Shown: positions 1-9,848, numbered from the stretch's first letter. The stretch is 64,000 bases of DNA from an uncultured Gammaproteobacteria bacterium (GCA_964428655.1 CAYRYE010000001.1:9328-73327), one strand, 5' to 3'. Translations and numbers: made by a program. Notes: generated by a model from the letters alone, not told the origin.

Positions 1-193
1 TAAATTCAGGAGTAATCTGCCAGCCAAATTTAGTTCCCGGTCTAGGGAAAATGCCAACATAAAAACAACCTTCACCATCAATAAAACCCACCAAATAATC
101 ATCAGTTATTTTCTTAACTATCTTGGGAGATAGCTTGCCTAACTGAAAGGATTGACCTTTCCTGCTGGTTGTCTGCACTGATAGCTTTTTCAC
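1..193 (-). CDS. Intron-encoded LAGLIDADG homing endonuclease (partial, runs off the window)
   Basis: Manual translation gives ...KKITDDYLVGFIDGEGCFYVGIFPRPGTKFGWQITPEF, a LAGLIDADG helix. The start is uncertain (GTG at 193 or 178). It is not in the ORF track. Confidence 0.85.
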   Translation of the reverse strand, partial: MKKLSVQTTSRKGQSFQLGKLSPKIVKKITDDYLVGFIDGEGCFYVGIFPRPGTKFGWQITPEF

Positions 194-282
194 TTCACTT
201 TTAATTATAACGAAGTAGCCTCAGATACTCCAGAGTTTCCAGCATATAGCCAGATTTAAAGACAGCAAGAACCAATTCGTTT
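1..282 (-). mobile_element. Group I intron in 23S rRNA (5' part only; inserted after ~U2604, E. coli numbering)
   Basis: rRNA similarity stops after ...AACGTCGTGAGACAGT (283). The intron has GCTGTC (266-261), which forms P1 with exon GACAGU including the U.G splice-site pair. P-like ATGCTGGAAA and Q-like AACCAGCAGG core motifs follow. Confidence 0.88.
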
Positions 283-987
283 ACTGTCTCACGACGTTCT
301 GAACCCAACTAACGCAGCGCTTTAATGGGCGAACAGACCAACCCTTCCCGACTTCTTCGTCAGGAGGATGCGCCAAGTCGACATCGAGGTCGCGATCCGG
401 GCCGTCAATACGGACTATCGGGCCCGACCACGCTGTTATCCCCGGGGTAGCTTTTATCCGTTAAGTTCCGATACATTCCACAAGTATCGGAAGATCACTA
501 AGACCTGCTTTCACACCTGCTCGACCTGTCGGTCTCGCAGTCAAGTTAGCTTCTGCCTTTATACTTACAGTCCGATTTCTATCCGGACCAAGCTAACCTT
601 TGTACGTCCGCGTTACTTTTTAGCAGACGGCTGCCCCAGCCAAACTGACAACCAGACACTGTCCCAGTTTACGTTTCCAGTAAACATTGGTTAGAGTCAA
701 ACATTCTGAAGGGTGGTATTCCACTGATGCCCGAAGGCTCCCACCTATTCTCGACAATCAAAATATTCTTCCCAACGTCAAGTCTCAGTAAAGCTCCACG
801 GGGTCTATCTGTCCTGCCGCCACAAACCGGCATCTTTACCGGTATTTCAATTTCACCGGGTAGAAGGTCGGAGACAGTTGTTCGGTCGTTAAGCCATTCA
901 TACTGGTCGGAACTTACCCGACAATGGACTTCGCTACCTTTGGACGGTTAGAGTTACCGCCGTCGTTCACCGGGGCTTCGGTTCATT

Positions 988-1039
988 GCCCTCTGGGCGA
1001 GGAAATCCTAAATTCGAATCTCCTTGTCCAAAGGACAAA
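988..1039. repeat. 52-bp double-hairpin element, copy 1 (in the 23S H68 region)
   Basis: Identical to 2407-2458. Confidence 0.9.
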
Positions 1040-1708
1040 TTCCCTTAACCTTCCGGCACTGGACAGGCTTCAGCCCCTATACTTCCCCTTACGGGTTTGC
1101 AGAGACCTGTGTTTTTGATAAACAGTCGCCGAACAATCTTTAGTTGCAGCCTCGAAAATTCGAGGCAGGGCATCTCCCGAAGTTACGCCCAGCTTTTTTG
1201 CCGAGTTCCTTGACCTCCCTTCTCCCGATCACCTTAGTCTACTCGACTTACCCACCTGTGTCGGTTTGCGGTACGGGTTCTATTACTTCTTTCCGCGAAG
1301 CTTTTCTTGGCACCAGAAATCAGCTGAATCGATCGAAAATTCGACCTCTTGATCAATCTCGCCTTAAAACAAAGCGACGGATTTTCCTATCGCTTCTAGC
1401 TTAATTGCTCAATGCGGCAATTTCACTACCACACTCAACTTATCCCAATGCGTCCCTCCCCAGATAATAACAAAATAATAGAAGGGCTGGAATATTAACC
1501 AGCTGTCCATCGCCTACTCCTGATTCATCAGGACTTGGCTTAGGTCCCGCCTAACCCAACGTCGACGAACGTTGCGTTGGAAACCTTGGGTTTTCGGTGA
1601 ACTGGATTCTCACCAGCTTTTGCTGTTACTTATGCCGGCATTCTCACTTCCCAACACTCCAGTTTGACTTACATCAAACCTTCACTGTCTTGGGAACGCT
1701 CCCCTACC

Positions 1709-1736
1709 ATCCCGATACGTGTAAACACTATCGGGA
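1709..1736. repeat. 28-bp hairpin in the 23S H45 region, also present in 16S
   Basis: Exact reverse complement of 21278-21305. Confidence 0.9.
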
Positions 1737-1820
1737 TCTCCGTCTTCGGTGGTCTGCTTTAGCCCCGGTAAATTTTCGGCGCAGTTTACCAATCCCAATA
1801 CCCATAAGGATATCGGGATC

Positions 1821-1878
<58 letters not shown>

Positions 1879-2406
1879 TTGTCTTCGATAAACTACTTCC
1901 TTCCCCACTTAGCAATCTCCGACATAATGTCGGAGAGACACTTAGGGACCTTAGACGAGAGTCTGGGATCTTTCCCTTTCGCCTGACCAGCTTAGCCCGG
2001 CCAGACTGACTGCCCTTGTAGAAATCAGAGTATTCGGAGTTTGGTTGGGTATCGAGGATTACTCCCCAGTACTCATCCAGTAGCTCTACCCCTCTGATTC
2101 AATCAAGAACGCTATACCTATATATATTTCGGGGAGAACCAGCTATCTCCGGGTTCGATAGGCATATTGCCTCCAACCACAGGTCATCCGAAGGAATTGC
2201 AGCTCCTACCGGTTCGGGCCTCCTCCCCGACTTCTCGGGGATTCACCCTGCCCATGGTTAGCTCACCCGGTTTCGGGTCTCCCGCATGCGACTAAAACGC
2301 CTTATTCAGACTTGCTTTAGCTACGCCTCCTCCTGACTCATCAGGATTAAGCTTGCCGCAAACGAGAACTCGCCGGCTCATTCTTCAATAGGCACGACAT
2401 TACTTC

Positions 2407-2458
2407 GCCCTCTGGGCGAGGAAATCCTAAATTCGAATCTCCTTGTCCAAAGGACAAA
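2407..2458. repeat. 52-bp double-hairpin element, copy 2 (in the 23S H25 region)
   Basis: Identical to 988-1039. Confidence 0.9.
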
Positions 2459-2510
2459 GCTCTGTCTGTTTGTTAGCAAATGGTTTCAGGTTCTATTTCA
2501 CTCCCCTCCC

Positions 2511-2541
<31 letters not shown>

Positions 2542-3156
2542 ATGCGCTATCGGTCAACAAGAGTATTTAGTCTTGGAGGAGTGGTTCCCCCAGATTCCCC
2601 CGATTTTAATCGGGATACTCAGGAATCCCGCTACCAACCTAATATAATTTCGAATACGGGGCTTTCACCCTCTTTGACGATTCATTCCAGAATCTTCTTC
2701 TATTAATTCGGTCAGGATAAAGCGGAACCCTACAACCGGTCGAAAATTCGACCTTTGGACTATTCCCGTTTCGCTCACCGCTACTAAGAGAATCACTGTT
2801 GTTTTCTTTTCCTTTGGGTACTGAGATGTTTCAGTTCCCCAAGTTACTCTCCCGATATCCTTACGGGTATCGGGATATCTTGTATTACTACAAGATGGGT
2901 TTCCCCATTCGGAGACCATCGGATCAAAGGTTGCTGGCACCTCCCCGATGAGTTTCGCCGCCTTCTGCGTCCTTCATCAGCTCTTGTCACCAAGGCATTC
3001 ACCATTTGCCTTAATACTAAACCTTCTTACCCCCGATATGTGCAGGCACTATCGGAGATAAACCCGGTTGACAACTTGATTTTCAAATCAAATTGAAACC
3101 TTAATCAATTGTTAAAGTGCAATTAAATTAAATAAAATTTATTTTTCAATTCGCTC

Positions 3157-3185
3157 AAAACAAAAACCGAGGCTTTCGCCTCGGT
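3157..3185 (-). terminator. Intrinsic terminator-like hairpin in the 23S leader
   Basis: ACCGAGGC-GAAA-GCCTCGGT followed by TTTTGTTTT on the minus strand. Confidence 0.7.
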
Positions 3186-3316
3186 CACTTAGACATATAT
3201 CCTCCAATGTACTAACGCAATCTTTTACAAGAAATTGTATTAATTAGATTCTTCCTCATATATTGTCTAAAAACGAGACAAAAGCAACTCCTGCTTTATG
3301 TTTCTCAGGTAAGGGT

Positions 3317-3345
3317 ATTATATTGAGGACAAAAGACAATGTCAA
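3317..3345 (-). promoter_or_regulatory. Sigma70 promoter upstream of 23S
   Basis: Perfect TTGACA-17 nt-TATAAT on the minus strand. A boxA-like TGCACTTTAACAA lies at ~3109-3121. Confidence 0.85.
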
Positions 3346-3364
3346 GGCTGTGGTTCTAATCACA

Positions 3365-3880
3365 TCAAAACTTGTACAAGTAAAGTTTGCCGGATCTCTT
3401 GGCGTATTTTCTGGAAAACTGATAATTGTTAGAAACTATCAGAATTGGATGAACCAATTCTTTCTTAAGAACTTTTTCTAATTTTCTCATATATTTAGGC
3501 AGTAAATAAACAGTAATCACTGTTGCTTGATTAAAGTCTGCTTGCCAGAAACTTTTAAAATATACTTTAGTTAAGCGAGATAAACCTGCTTTTTTAATTT
3601 TTCTTTTTGATTGCCAAAATAAAATCGGGTCAATTTCATAACCTATTGCTTTTGCTCCTAATTTAGCCGCTTCGATTAAAATCCGACCATCGCCAGAACC
3701 CAAGTCCAGAACCAAATCTTTCTGACCAACTTTTGCCAACTTCAGCATTTTTCTGACTGTTTTAATCGGAGTTGGCTTGAAAACTGGTCCAGCCTGAGAA
3801 GAAAAAGCCGTGTAGTACAAATAAAAAGCAACAACAATTAAAAAAGAAATAAAAATAAGATAGGCTAAAATCAAAACCAT
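3365..3880 (-). CDS. Membrane-anchored class I SAM-dependent methyltransferase
   Basis: N-terminal TM segment, VLDLGSGDGR motif and GYEID. Confidence 0.85.
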   Translation of the reverse strand: MVLILAYLIFISFLIVVAFYLYYTAFSSQAGPVFKPTPIKTVRKMLKLAKVGQKDLVLDLGSGDGRILIEAAKLGAKAIGYEIDPILFWQSKRKIKKAGLSRLTKVYFKSFWQADFNQATVITVYLLPKYMRKLEKVLKKELVHPILIVSNNYQFSRKYAKRSGKLYLYKF

Positions 3881-3922
3881 CTGCCCTCATAATAACAAAC
3901 AAATGTTAGAATTAATTATCAA

Positions 3923-5362
3923 GTGAACCTTAAACAAACCCGCCTGCCGGACGGGCAGGTTTCACCAACTATCTGGGAGCTGTCAAAAGATTTTAAACCG
4001 GGAATGCGAGTGCCGGGAAAAGTGATGGCCAATAAAAAACTTCTGAAGACAATTGAAGACAAGGTTCTTGACCAATTGGCCAATACTGCTTTTTTACCCG
4101 GAGTAGTGGAAGCTGTTTGGGCTATGCCTGACGCCCATATTGGTTTCGGCGTTCCCATTGGTTGTGTTTTTGCCACTGATCCTGAAAAGGAAGGCATTAT
4201 ATCTCCTGGAGCAATTGGTTTTGACATCAACTGCGGCATCCGTTTAATTACTACTAATTTAACTAAAGAAAAACTTGAACCAAAAACAACTCAACTGATC
4301 GATGCTCTTTTTAAAATAGCTGGAGCTGGGTTAGGAGCAAAAAGCAACCTAAAACTGACTCAAAAAGAAGTTGAGGCAGTTTGCTGTCAAGGAATCCAAT
4401 GGGCAGTTAAAAAAGGTTTTGGCAGAAAAAAGGATCTAAATTTTTGTGAAGAAAAAGGTCGATTAGCCGGCGCTGATCCCCAATTCATTTCTCAACGAGC
4501 TCTCCAGCGGGGCCGACAGCAATTAGGTACTTTAGGCAGCGGTAACCATTATCTGGAAATTCAAGAAGTAACTAAAATCTTTGATTCCCAAAAAGGAAAA
4601 AAGCTAGGCATCAACCAGGAAGGCCAAATCACTATTATGATTCACTGTGGTTCCCGAGGGCTAGGACATCAAATTGCCAGTGATTATATCCGCCAATTTG
4701 GCCAGGCAATGAAAAAATATCAGATTGAGCTACCTAATCGTCAATTGGCTTGTGCGCCATTTAATTCTCCGGAAGGAAAAGCTTATTACTCAGCCATGGC
4801 TGGAGCTGTTAATTACGCCTTTGCCAATCGACAGATTTTAACTGACAAAGTCAGGAAAACCATCAGCAATGTTTTTCAAACTAAGGAAGAAAATTTGGGT
4901 TTAGATTTAGTCTACGATGTGGCTCACAATGTGGCTAAGCTTGAGAGTGGCTTACTCGTCCATCGTAAAGGAGCCACTCGAGCTTTTGGTCCTAATCACC
5001 CGGTTTTGCCAGAAAAATACCAAAAAATAGGCCAACCAGTAATTATTGGCGGTTCAATGGAAACAGCTTCATACTTACTTTTAGGTACTAAAAGGGCAGA
5101 GGAATTAACCTTCGGTTCAACTTGTCATGGTGCCGGCCGAGTGATGTCTCGAAAACAAGCTAGAAAACAAACTCAGGGCATGAATTTACAACAAGATTTA
5201 GAAAAAAAAGGCATTCAAGTCCGAACTGCTTCTTATTCCGGTCTGGCTGAGGAGGCAGGAATAGCCTACAAAGACATTGATTTGGTCGTTCAAACAGTAG
5301 TCGAATCAGGCATCTCAATTCCAATAGTAAAATTCAAACCTTTAGCCAACATCAAAGGTTAA
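3923..5362 (+). CDS. rtcB: RNA ligase RtcB
   Basis: MPDAH, FDINCG, GNHYLE, HCGSRG, DVAHN, HRKGAT and CHGAGR motifs. Confidence 0.95.
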   Translation: MNLKQTRLPDGQVSPTIWELSKDFKPGMRVPGKVMANKKLLKTIEDKVLDQLANTAFLPGVVEAVWAMPDAHIGFGVPIGCVFATDPEKEGIISPGAIGFDINCGIRLITTNLTKEKLEPKTTQLIDALFKIAGAGLGAKSNLKLTQKEVEAVCCQGIQWAVKKGFGRKKDLNFCEEKGRLAGADPQFISQRALQRGRQQLGTLGSGNHYLEIQEVTKIFDSQKGKKLGINQEGQITIMIHCGSRGLGHQIASDYIRQFGQAMKKYQIELPNRQLACAPFNSPEGKAYYSAMAGAVNYAFANRQILTDKVRKTISNVFQTKEENLGLDLVYDVAHNVAKLESGLLVHRKGATRAFGPNHPVLPEKYQKIGQPVIIGGSMETASYLLLGTKRAEELTFGSTCHGAGRVMSRKQARKQTQGMNLQQDLEKKGIQVRTASYSGLAEEAGIAYKDIDLVVQTVVESGISIPIVKFKPLANIKG

Positions 5363-6389
5363 TAACTTTGTAGGAAAAGGGCAAGTTAATCTCCTCTGTT
5401 GAAGTAAGTAAAATCTGATAATTTTCCAAAAGAGAGCTAACTAACTTTTGACTTTTCTCATCTAATTCAGAAAAAATATCATCCAGTAACAGAATCGGCT
5501 TTTCTTGTTTTTTTTCTTTAATAAAGGCCAATTGAGCTAATTTAAGAGCCAAAATGGCTAAACGATACTGGCCTCGAGAACCCCAAGAAGCCAAGTCTTT
5601 TTCCTCAGCTCCAAACCGAGAGTTCAAAAGAGAAAAATCATCTCGGTGCGGCCCAGCAGTAGTAACCCCTTGTTTTAAGTCTTCAGTTAAATTTTGGTCC
5701 AAAATTGTTAAAGAAATCGGATTAACCAAATATTGGCAAGAAAGGTGGTTAAACCTCTTTTCTTGAGAAATATTGAAAAACTGATTAACAAAATCAACAA
5801 ACTTCTTCCGTCCCTGATAAATAATTTCTCCGTTTTTGGCTAGGGCCTGGTTCCAATAGAAAAGCTCCTGTTGGCCAGCTTTGCCTTCACTGATTTCCAG
5901 CAAAACCCGATTGCGTCGCCTTAAAGCTTTTTCATAAGCCAAAACTGCCTGGCGATACTGCCAATCTAAAGGTAATAAAATGTCGTTTAAAAAATCTCTC
6001 CTGCGTGAAGGCGAACTCGTAATAACACGGATTTCTTCTGGCCGGAAAATTACAGCAGAAAAAGAGTCTAAAAACTGCCGCCGTGTTTTCTTAATCTTAT
6101 CCACCCAAAATTCTTTCTTTGTTCGCTGATTTTCTTTTTGCAAGCTGATTTTTAACTCTCTTTCGCCAACCTTAGCTTCAGCTATAGCTAGTTGCTGATT
6201 CCAATTAATCATTTGCTCATTTTTCAAAGCTCGAAAACTATTGCCGGTTGCCAATAAATAAACCGCCTCCAATAAATTAGTTTTACCAACCGCATTCGGA
6301 CCAACAATTAAATTTAAACTGGAAGAAAACTGAAAACTTACTTTGGAGTAATTGCGAAAGTTAAATAAAGATAAACTTTTAAGTGCCAT
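5352..6389 (-). CDS. recF: DNA replication/repair protein RecF
   Basis: NFRNY, GPNAVGKTNLLEA, GPHRDD, GSRGQ and LLLDDIFSELD. Start taken at MALKSL. Confidence 0.93.
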   Translation of the reverse strand: MALKSLSLFNFRNYSKVSFQFSSSLNLIVGPNAVGKTNLLEAVYLLATGNSFRALKNEQMINWNQQLAIAEAKVGERELKISLQKENQRTKKEFWVDKIKKTRRQFLDSFSAVIFRPEEIRVITSSPSRRRDFLNDILLPLDWQYRQAVLAYEKALRRRNRVLLEISEGKAGQQELFYWNQALAKNGEIIYQGRKKFVDFVNQFFNISQEKRFNHLSCQYLVNPISLTILDQNLTEDLKQGVTTAGPHRDDFSLLNSRFGAEEKDLASWGSRGQYRLAILALKLAQLAFIKEKKQEKPILLLDDIFSELDEKSQKLVSSLLENYQILLTSTEEINLPFSYKVINL

Positions 6390-7143
6390 TAGTTTGTTCT
6401 TGTTTATTTTTTCCCTTAGGTTCTTGCCTAGTTTTGGTTTCTCCATTTTCTTTTTTCCCTTCTTTTGCCTTTTTTTTCTCTTTTGGAGCCTCACCTTCTT
6501 TAACCTCTACTCCAGGTACTTCTGCTGCTTCACTTTCCTCAACTGGCAGTTTTTCTTCCTCTTCCTCTACTTTTGTTGGTAGTTCAACCTTAACTAAAAC
6601 CTGGTTTTCAGCTACTTTTAAACTAATTTTCTTTTTATCAATTTTCAAATCGGCAACAGTAATCGTCTCGCCAATGTTTTCAAGTTTGCTAATATTAATA
6701 ACAAATTTTTCCGGCAGATCAGTTGGCAACGCCTCAATCTCAATTTCACTAAGCAGTTGAATCAAGACGCCTTCACTTGTCTCAATTGCCGGTGCTTCAC
6801 CTACCGTCTCTACTGGAACAGCAACTGTTACTTTTTCACTCAAATCAACCTGGTGAAAATCAATATGAATCAGTTCATCAGTAATTGGATTGTATTGGGG
6901 ATTTTTCAAAAGAACTGTCCTAATTTTCTCTTCTTTCTCAACCTGGAGATCAACTAGACCAGTTTCGCCAACTTCACCAAGAATATCACCAACCTCTTTC
7001 AAACTAGTCTTAACACTTAAAGAGTCAATCTTCTTGCCGTAAATACTAGCCGGCAAAATTCCTTGCTTGCGCAATTGCTTAACTTTCCGGCCAGTAACTT
7101 TTCGTTTCTCAATTTTTAAATTTGGTCTTTTTCGTGCCGTCAT
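6379..7143 (-). CDS. rplY: 50S ribosomal protein bL25 (Ctc type)
   Basis: LRKQGILPASIYG and HIDFHQVDL, plus a Ctc beta domain and charged tail. Start taken at MTARKR. Confidence 0.92.
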   Translation of the reverse strand: MTARKRPNLKIEKRKVTGRKVKQLRKQGILPASIYGKKIDSLSVKTSLKEVGDILGEVGETGLVDLQVEKEEKIRTVLLKNPQYNPITDELIHIDFHQVDLSEKVTVAVPVETVGEAPAIETSEGVLIQLLSEIEIEALPTDLPEKFVINISKLENIGETITVADLKIDKKKISLKVAENQVLVKVELPTKVEEEEEKLPVEESEAAEVPGVEVKEGEAPKEKKKAKEGKKENGETKTRQEPKGKNKQEQTNGT

Positions 7144-7157
7144 TTTCTCACTTATTG

Positions 7158-7500
7158 TGGAGATGCCCCGAGGTGATCGGGGGTCCAAAGAATAACTTTA
7201 AAAACTTCTACAGGCTTAGGCTATTTTTGGTTATTACTGATTAAGGAAAATTGCCAAACCTTTAATCAGGCCGACCGTTTGTTTCTCTCTAATCCTTGGT
7301 CAGAAGACTAAAGAACAGTCCGACAAGTTGACACCGATCTTGCTTCCTCGGACAAAAAGCAAGTCGATGCTAGCTTAAGCTTAAGCGTAAGCTAGGGCCA
7401 AATTATCTTCGGCATATGTTTTGATCCTGTTTTGACTCAACTGATCAATGAGCACCTGCAGTTTTTAAAAGTGCTTTCTCTGTCAAAACTCGACATCCCC
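7158..7500 (-). ncRNA. ssrA: tmRNA; predicted tag (A)AEDNLALAYA* at 7413-7381
   Basis: 5' GGGGATG pairs with 3' CATCTCC-A, giving the G3.U alanine determinant. The tag frame ends in LAYA-stop, and the gene is adjacent to smpB. Confidence 0.9.
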
Positions 7501-7557
7501 ATGCTCCGCCGTTGGCGGAGAATTATCAATTTTTAATTATCAATTTTTAAATTAAAA

Positions 7558-7980
7558 CTACTTTCGCAATTCTTTCTTTATTTCCCTTTCAATTAAATCT
7601 TGCTTTCTTTGTCTCTTTGTCCTTCTTTTTCCAATCCCAAGCTGAATTTTTATCCAGCGGCCCTTAGTATAGCAAGCTACAGGCACAATTGTCAATTTAC
7701 GTTTTTTTGTTTCTATTAATTTTTTGATCTCGCTTTCTTTTAATAACAGCTTCCGTTCCTGAGTTGGTTGTTGTTCTTCCAATCGAGCAAACGGATAGGG
7801 ATGAATCACAGCATTGATTAAAAATGGCTCGCCATTTTTAATCCGCACCAAAGCATTACGCAGCTCTATCCCCCTCGTCCGAATCGCTTTTGTCTCGGCT
7901 CCAGTTAAAATTATTCCTGCCTCAAGTTTTTCCTTAATCGAGTACAACCGATAGGCATTTTTGTTGATAAATTTTTTCAT
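7558..7980 (-). CDS. smpB: SsrA-binding protein SmpB
   Basis: NKNA..Y, EAGIILTGAETKAIR, RKLLL and TIVP motifs. Confidence 0.93.
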   Translation of the reverse strand: MKKFINKNAYRLYSIKEKLEAGIILTGAETKAIRTRGIELRNALVRIKNGEPFLINAVIHPYPFARLEEQQPTQERKLLLKESEIKKLIETKKRKLTIVPVACYTKGRWIKIQLGIGKRRTKRQRKQDLIEREIKKELRK

Positions 7981-7985
7981 CCCAT

Positions 7986-8471
7986 TCAATCCTTCTTCTT
8001 TTCAATTTTTTTTAAGATAGGCTGAATGACAACATAGCGCTGGTTGCCTACTCCTTCAGACTTAGTTTTAACATCATCCAGTTCACCTAGAGCTAGATGA
8101 ACTATTCTTCTCTCAAATGGAGTCATTGGAAACAAAGCTACCGGTTGACCAGAAAGTTTTGCTTTTTGGGCCGCGCTAAGAGCAATCTGTTTTAAACGTT
8201 CAACTTGTTCTTTTCGATAATCGTTAACGTCAACAATTACTCTTTGCCACTCGCCAAGTTTTTTGAAAACCATTAAGCCTAAAATCAACTGAAGAGAAGA
8301 TAAAGTTCCGCCATGAAATCCAATTAACACTCCTGGTTCGCTGGTTTTAATTTTTATCTTGATGACATCATCTTTTTTATCCTCTTCAACAGTAAATTCC
8401 ACCTTCTGGTCCAACAACTCTACCAAAAGCTTTTTTACTAATTGCTTGGTTATTTCTATTTTTTCCGCCAT
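7986..8471 (-). CDS. jag: Jag/KhpB (EloR) KH-R3H RNA-binding protein, short form
   Basis: LIGFHGGTL KH motif and ERRIVH R3H motif; lies downstream of yidC. Confidence 0.88.
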   Translation of the reverse strand: MAEKIEITKQLVKKLLVELLDQKVEFTVEEDKKDDVIKIKIKTSEPGVLIGFHGGTLSSLQLILGLMVFKKLGEWQRVIVDVNDYRKEQVERLKQIALSAAQKAKLSGQPVALFPMTPFERRIVHLALGELDDVKTKSEGVGNQRYVVIQPILKKIEKKKD

Positions 8472-8475
8472 GATT

Positions 8476-9237
8476 TCAGCTATTTTTGGCTAACTTCTTG
8501 ATCATAATCTGCTGAACCAGATTAAACAAGGAAAAAGTACACCAATAAAGGACTAGTCCTGAAGGAAAGCTAAGACCAATAAAAATCGTCATTAACGGAA
8601 AAATATAAAGTGATTGGGTTTGCATTGCTGATGCTAGATCATCTGTTTTTTCAGGTGTTTTATCAGCCACTTTTTCTTGTTTTTTGGCTATCGGCATCAT
8701 TAGTTTAGCTGATAAAAATTGACCTAAAGCCGAGAAAATAAGAAAAATTCCGGGCAAGTTTTTACCAAAAAGTTTAATTTTGTCCGGCTTGGCCAAATCT
8801 AAATAAAGAAATTTCAAGTTAAAAGCAACATCTCGAGAGAGGCGCAAACGTGAATATAAAACCTCATTTAATTTATCAATCATGCCATTGTTACTCAAAA
8901 CTTGACGAAAGGCTTGAAAAAGAGCAATCAAGATAACAATCTGGACAACTTGGGGCAATAAACCAGCCATGGGTTTAATGCCTGCTGACCGGTAAAGATC
9001 CATCTGGGCTTGAGCTAATTTTTGCTTATCCTTTTTATACTTTTTTTTTAATTTCCCTAATTTTGGGGCTAGTTCCTTCATTGCTTGAGCCGTTTTAAGA
9101 GCAGGCAGTGTTAAAGGTAAAAGCAAAAGTCTAATAGTTAAAGTTAAGCTAATAATTGCCCAGCCTAAGTTACCAAATAATTGATAAAAACCAATTAAAG
9201 CATTAATTAGTGGTTGATAAAGCAATGTGTGCCACAT
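8476..9237 (-). CDS. yidC: Membrane protein insertase YidC
   Basis: GWAIISLTLTIRLLLLPL and PSGLVLYW; standard synteny. Confidence 0.92.
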   Translation of the reverse strand: MWHTLLYQPLINALIGFYQLFGNLGWAIISLTLTIRLLLLPLTLPALKTAQAMKELAPKLGKLKKKYKKDKQKLAQAQMDLYRSAGIKPMAGLLPQVVQIVILIALFQAFRQVLSNNGMIDKLNEVLYSRLRLSRDVAFNLKFLYLDLAKPDKIKLFGKNLPGIFLIFSALGQFLSAKLMMPIAKKQEKVADKTPEKTDDLASAMQTQSLYIFPLMTIFIGLSFPSGLVLYWCTFSLFNLVQQIMIKKLAKNS

Positions 9238-9587
9238 TTTGGATTTTTCTCCGCATATTTACCGAGGAATCTCCGAACAGAGCTGAAAACTTCCTCAGAA
9301 CTTGCTTTTTTTAAACTTAGTTTAGCTAAAAAAACAACTTTTAAATCTTGCCTAATGTCAGGTAAAACCTGTCTCACTGCCTCACTTATTAACCGCCTGA
9401 TCCTATTCCTAACTACGGCTCGTTTATCAATCTTTTTAGAAACAACAAAACCGAATTTAGGTCCATCAGTTTGTTGAGACTTGAGAATCAAGAGTGAAAA
9501 AAGCAAACCATTAATTAATCTACCTTCTTTTTTTACTCTCTCAAACTCTTTTTTACCCTTTAAGCGATACTGTTTTGCCAAAGCCAT
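9207..9587 (-). CDS. rnpA: RNase P protein component
   Basis: GFVVSKKIDKRAVVRNRIRR. Confidence 0.93.
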   Translation of the reverse strand: MALAKQYRLKGKKEFERVKKEGRLINGLLFSLLILKSQQTDGPKFGFVVSKKIDKRAVVRNRIRRLISEAVRQVLPDIRQDLKVVFLAKLSLKKASSEEVFSSVRRFLGKYAEKNPKCGTHCFINH

Positions 9588-9595
9588 ACCCTATT

Positions 9596-9769
9596 TTACC
9601 GCTTTTTAATCCTTTTTATTTTCTTTTCTTGACTAACAGTTAGTTTCTTTCTTCCCTTTAACCTTCTTTTTTTAAGAACATTGCGACCAGTTGAAGTAGC
9701 CATCCGCTTTCGAAAACCATGTTTTTTCTGCCTCTTTTTTTTCTTTGGCTGATAAGTTCGCTTGGGCAT
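9596..9769 (-). CDS. rpmH: 50S ribosomal protein bL34
   Basis: Manual translation [23 protein letters not shown]...GRKKLTVS; below the ORF-track size cutoff. Confidence 0.93.
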   Translation of the reverse strand: MPKRTYQPKKKKRQKKHGFRKRMATSTGRNVLKKRRLKGRKKLTVSQEKKIKRIKKR

Positions 9770-9805
9770 AACAAGTGATTATAGCACAAACCTCTTCTTG
9801 CCAAT

Positions 9806-9834
9806 TGTGGAAAATTTTTTTATAATGTGAATAA
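9806..9834. promoter_or_regulatory. DnaA boxes upstream of dnaA
   Basis: TGTGGAAAA (9806) and TGTGAATAA (9826), each one mismatch from TGTGGATAA. Confidence 0.6.
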
Positions 9835-9848
9835 CTTGCCCTCCAAAT

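Noticed and set aside
6390-6494. Lys-rich N-terminal extension of RecF
   Set aside because: It is an out-of-frame overlap with the rplY tail; RecF similarity begins at 6389.
7144-7188. N-terminal extension of the rplY ORF
   Set aside because: It overlaps the tmRNA 3' end; the ATG at 7143 is the better start.
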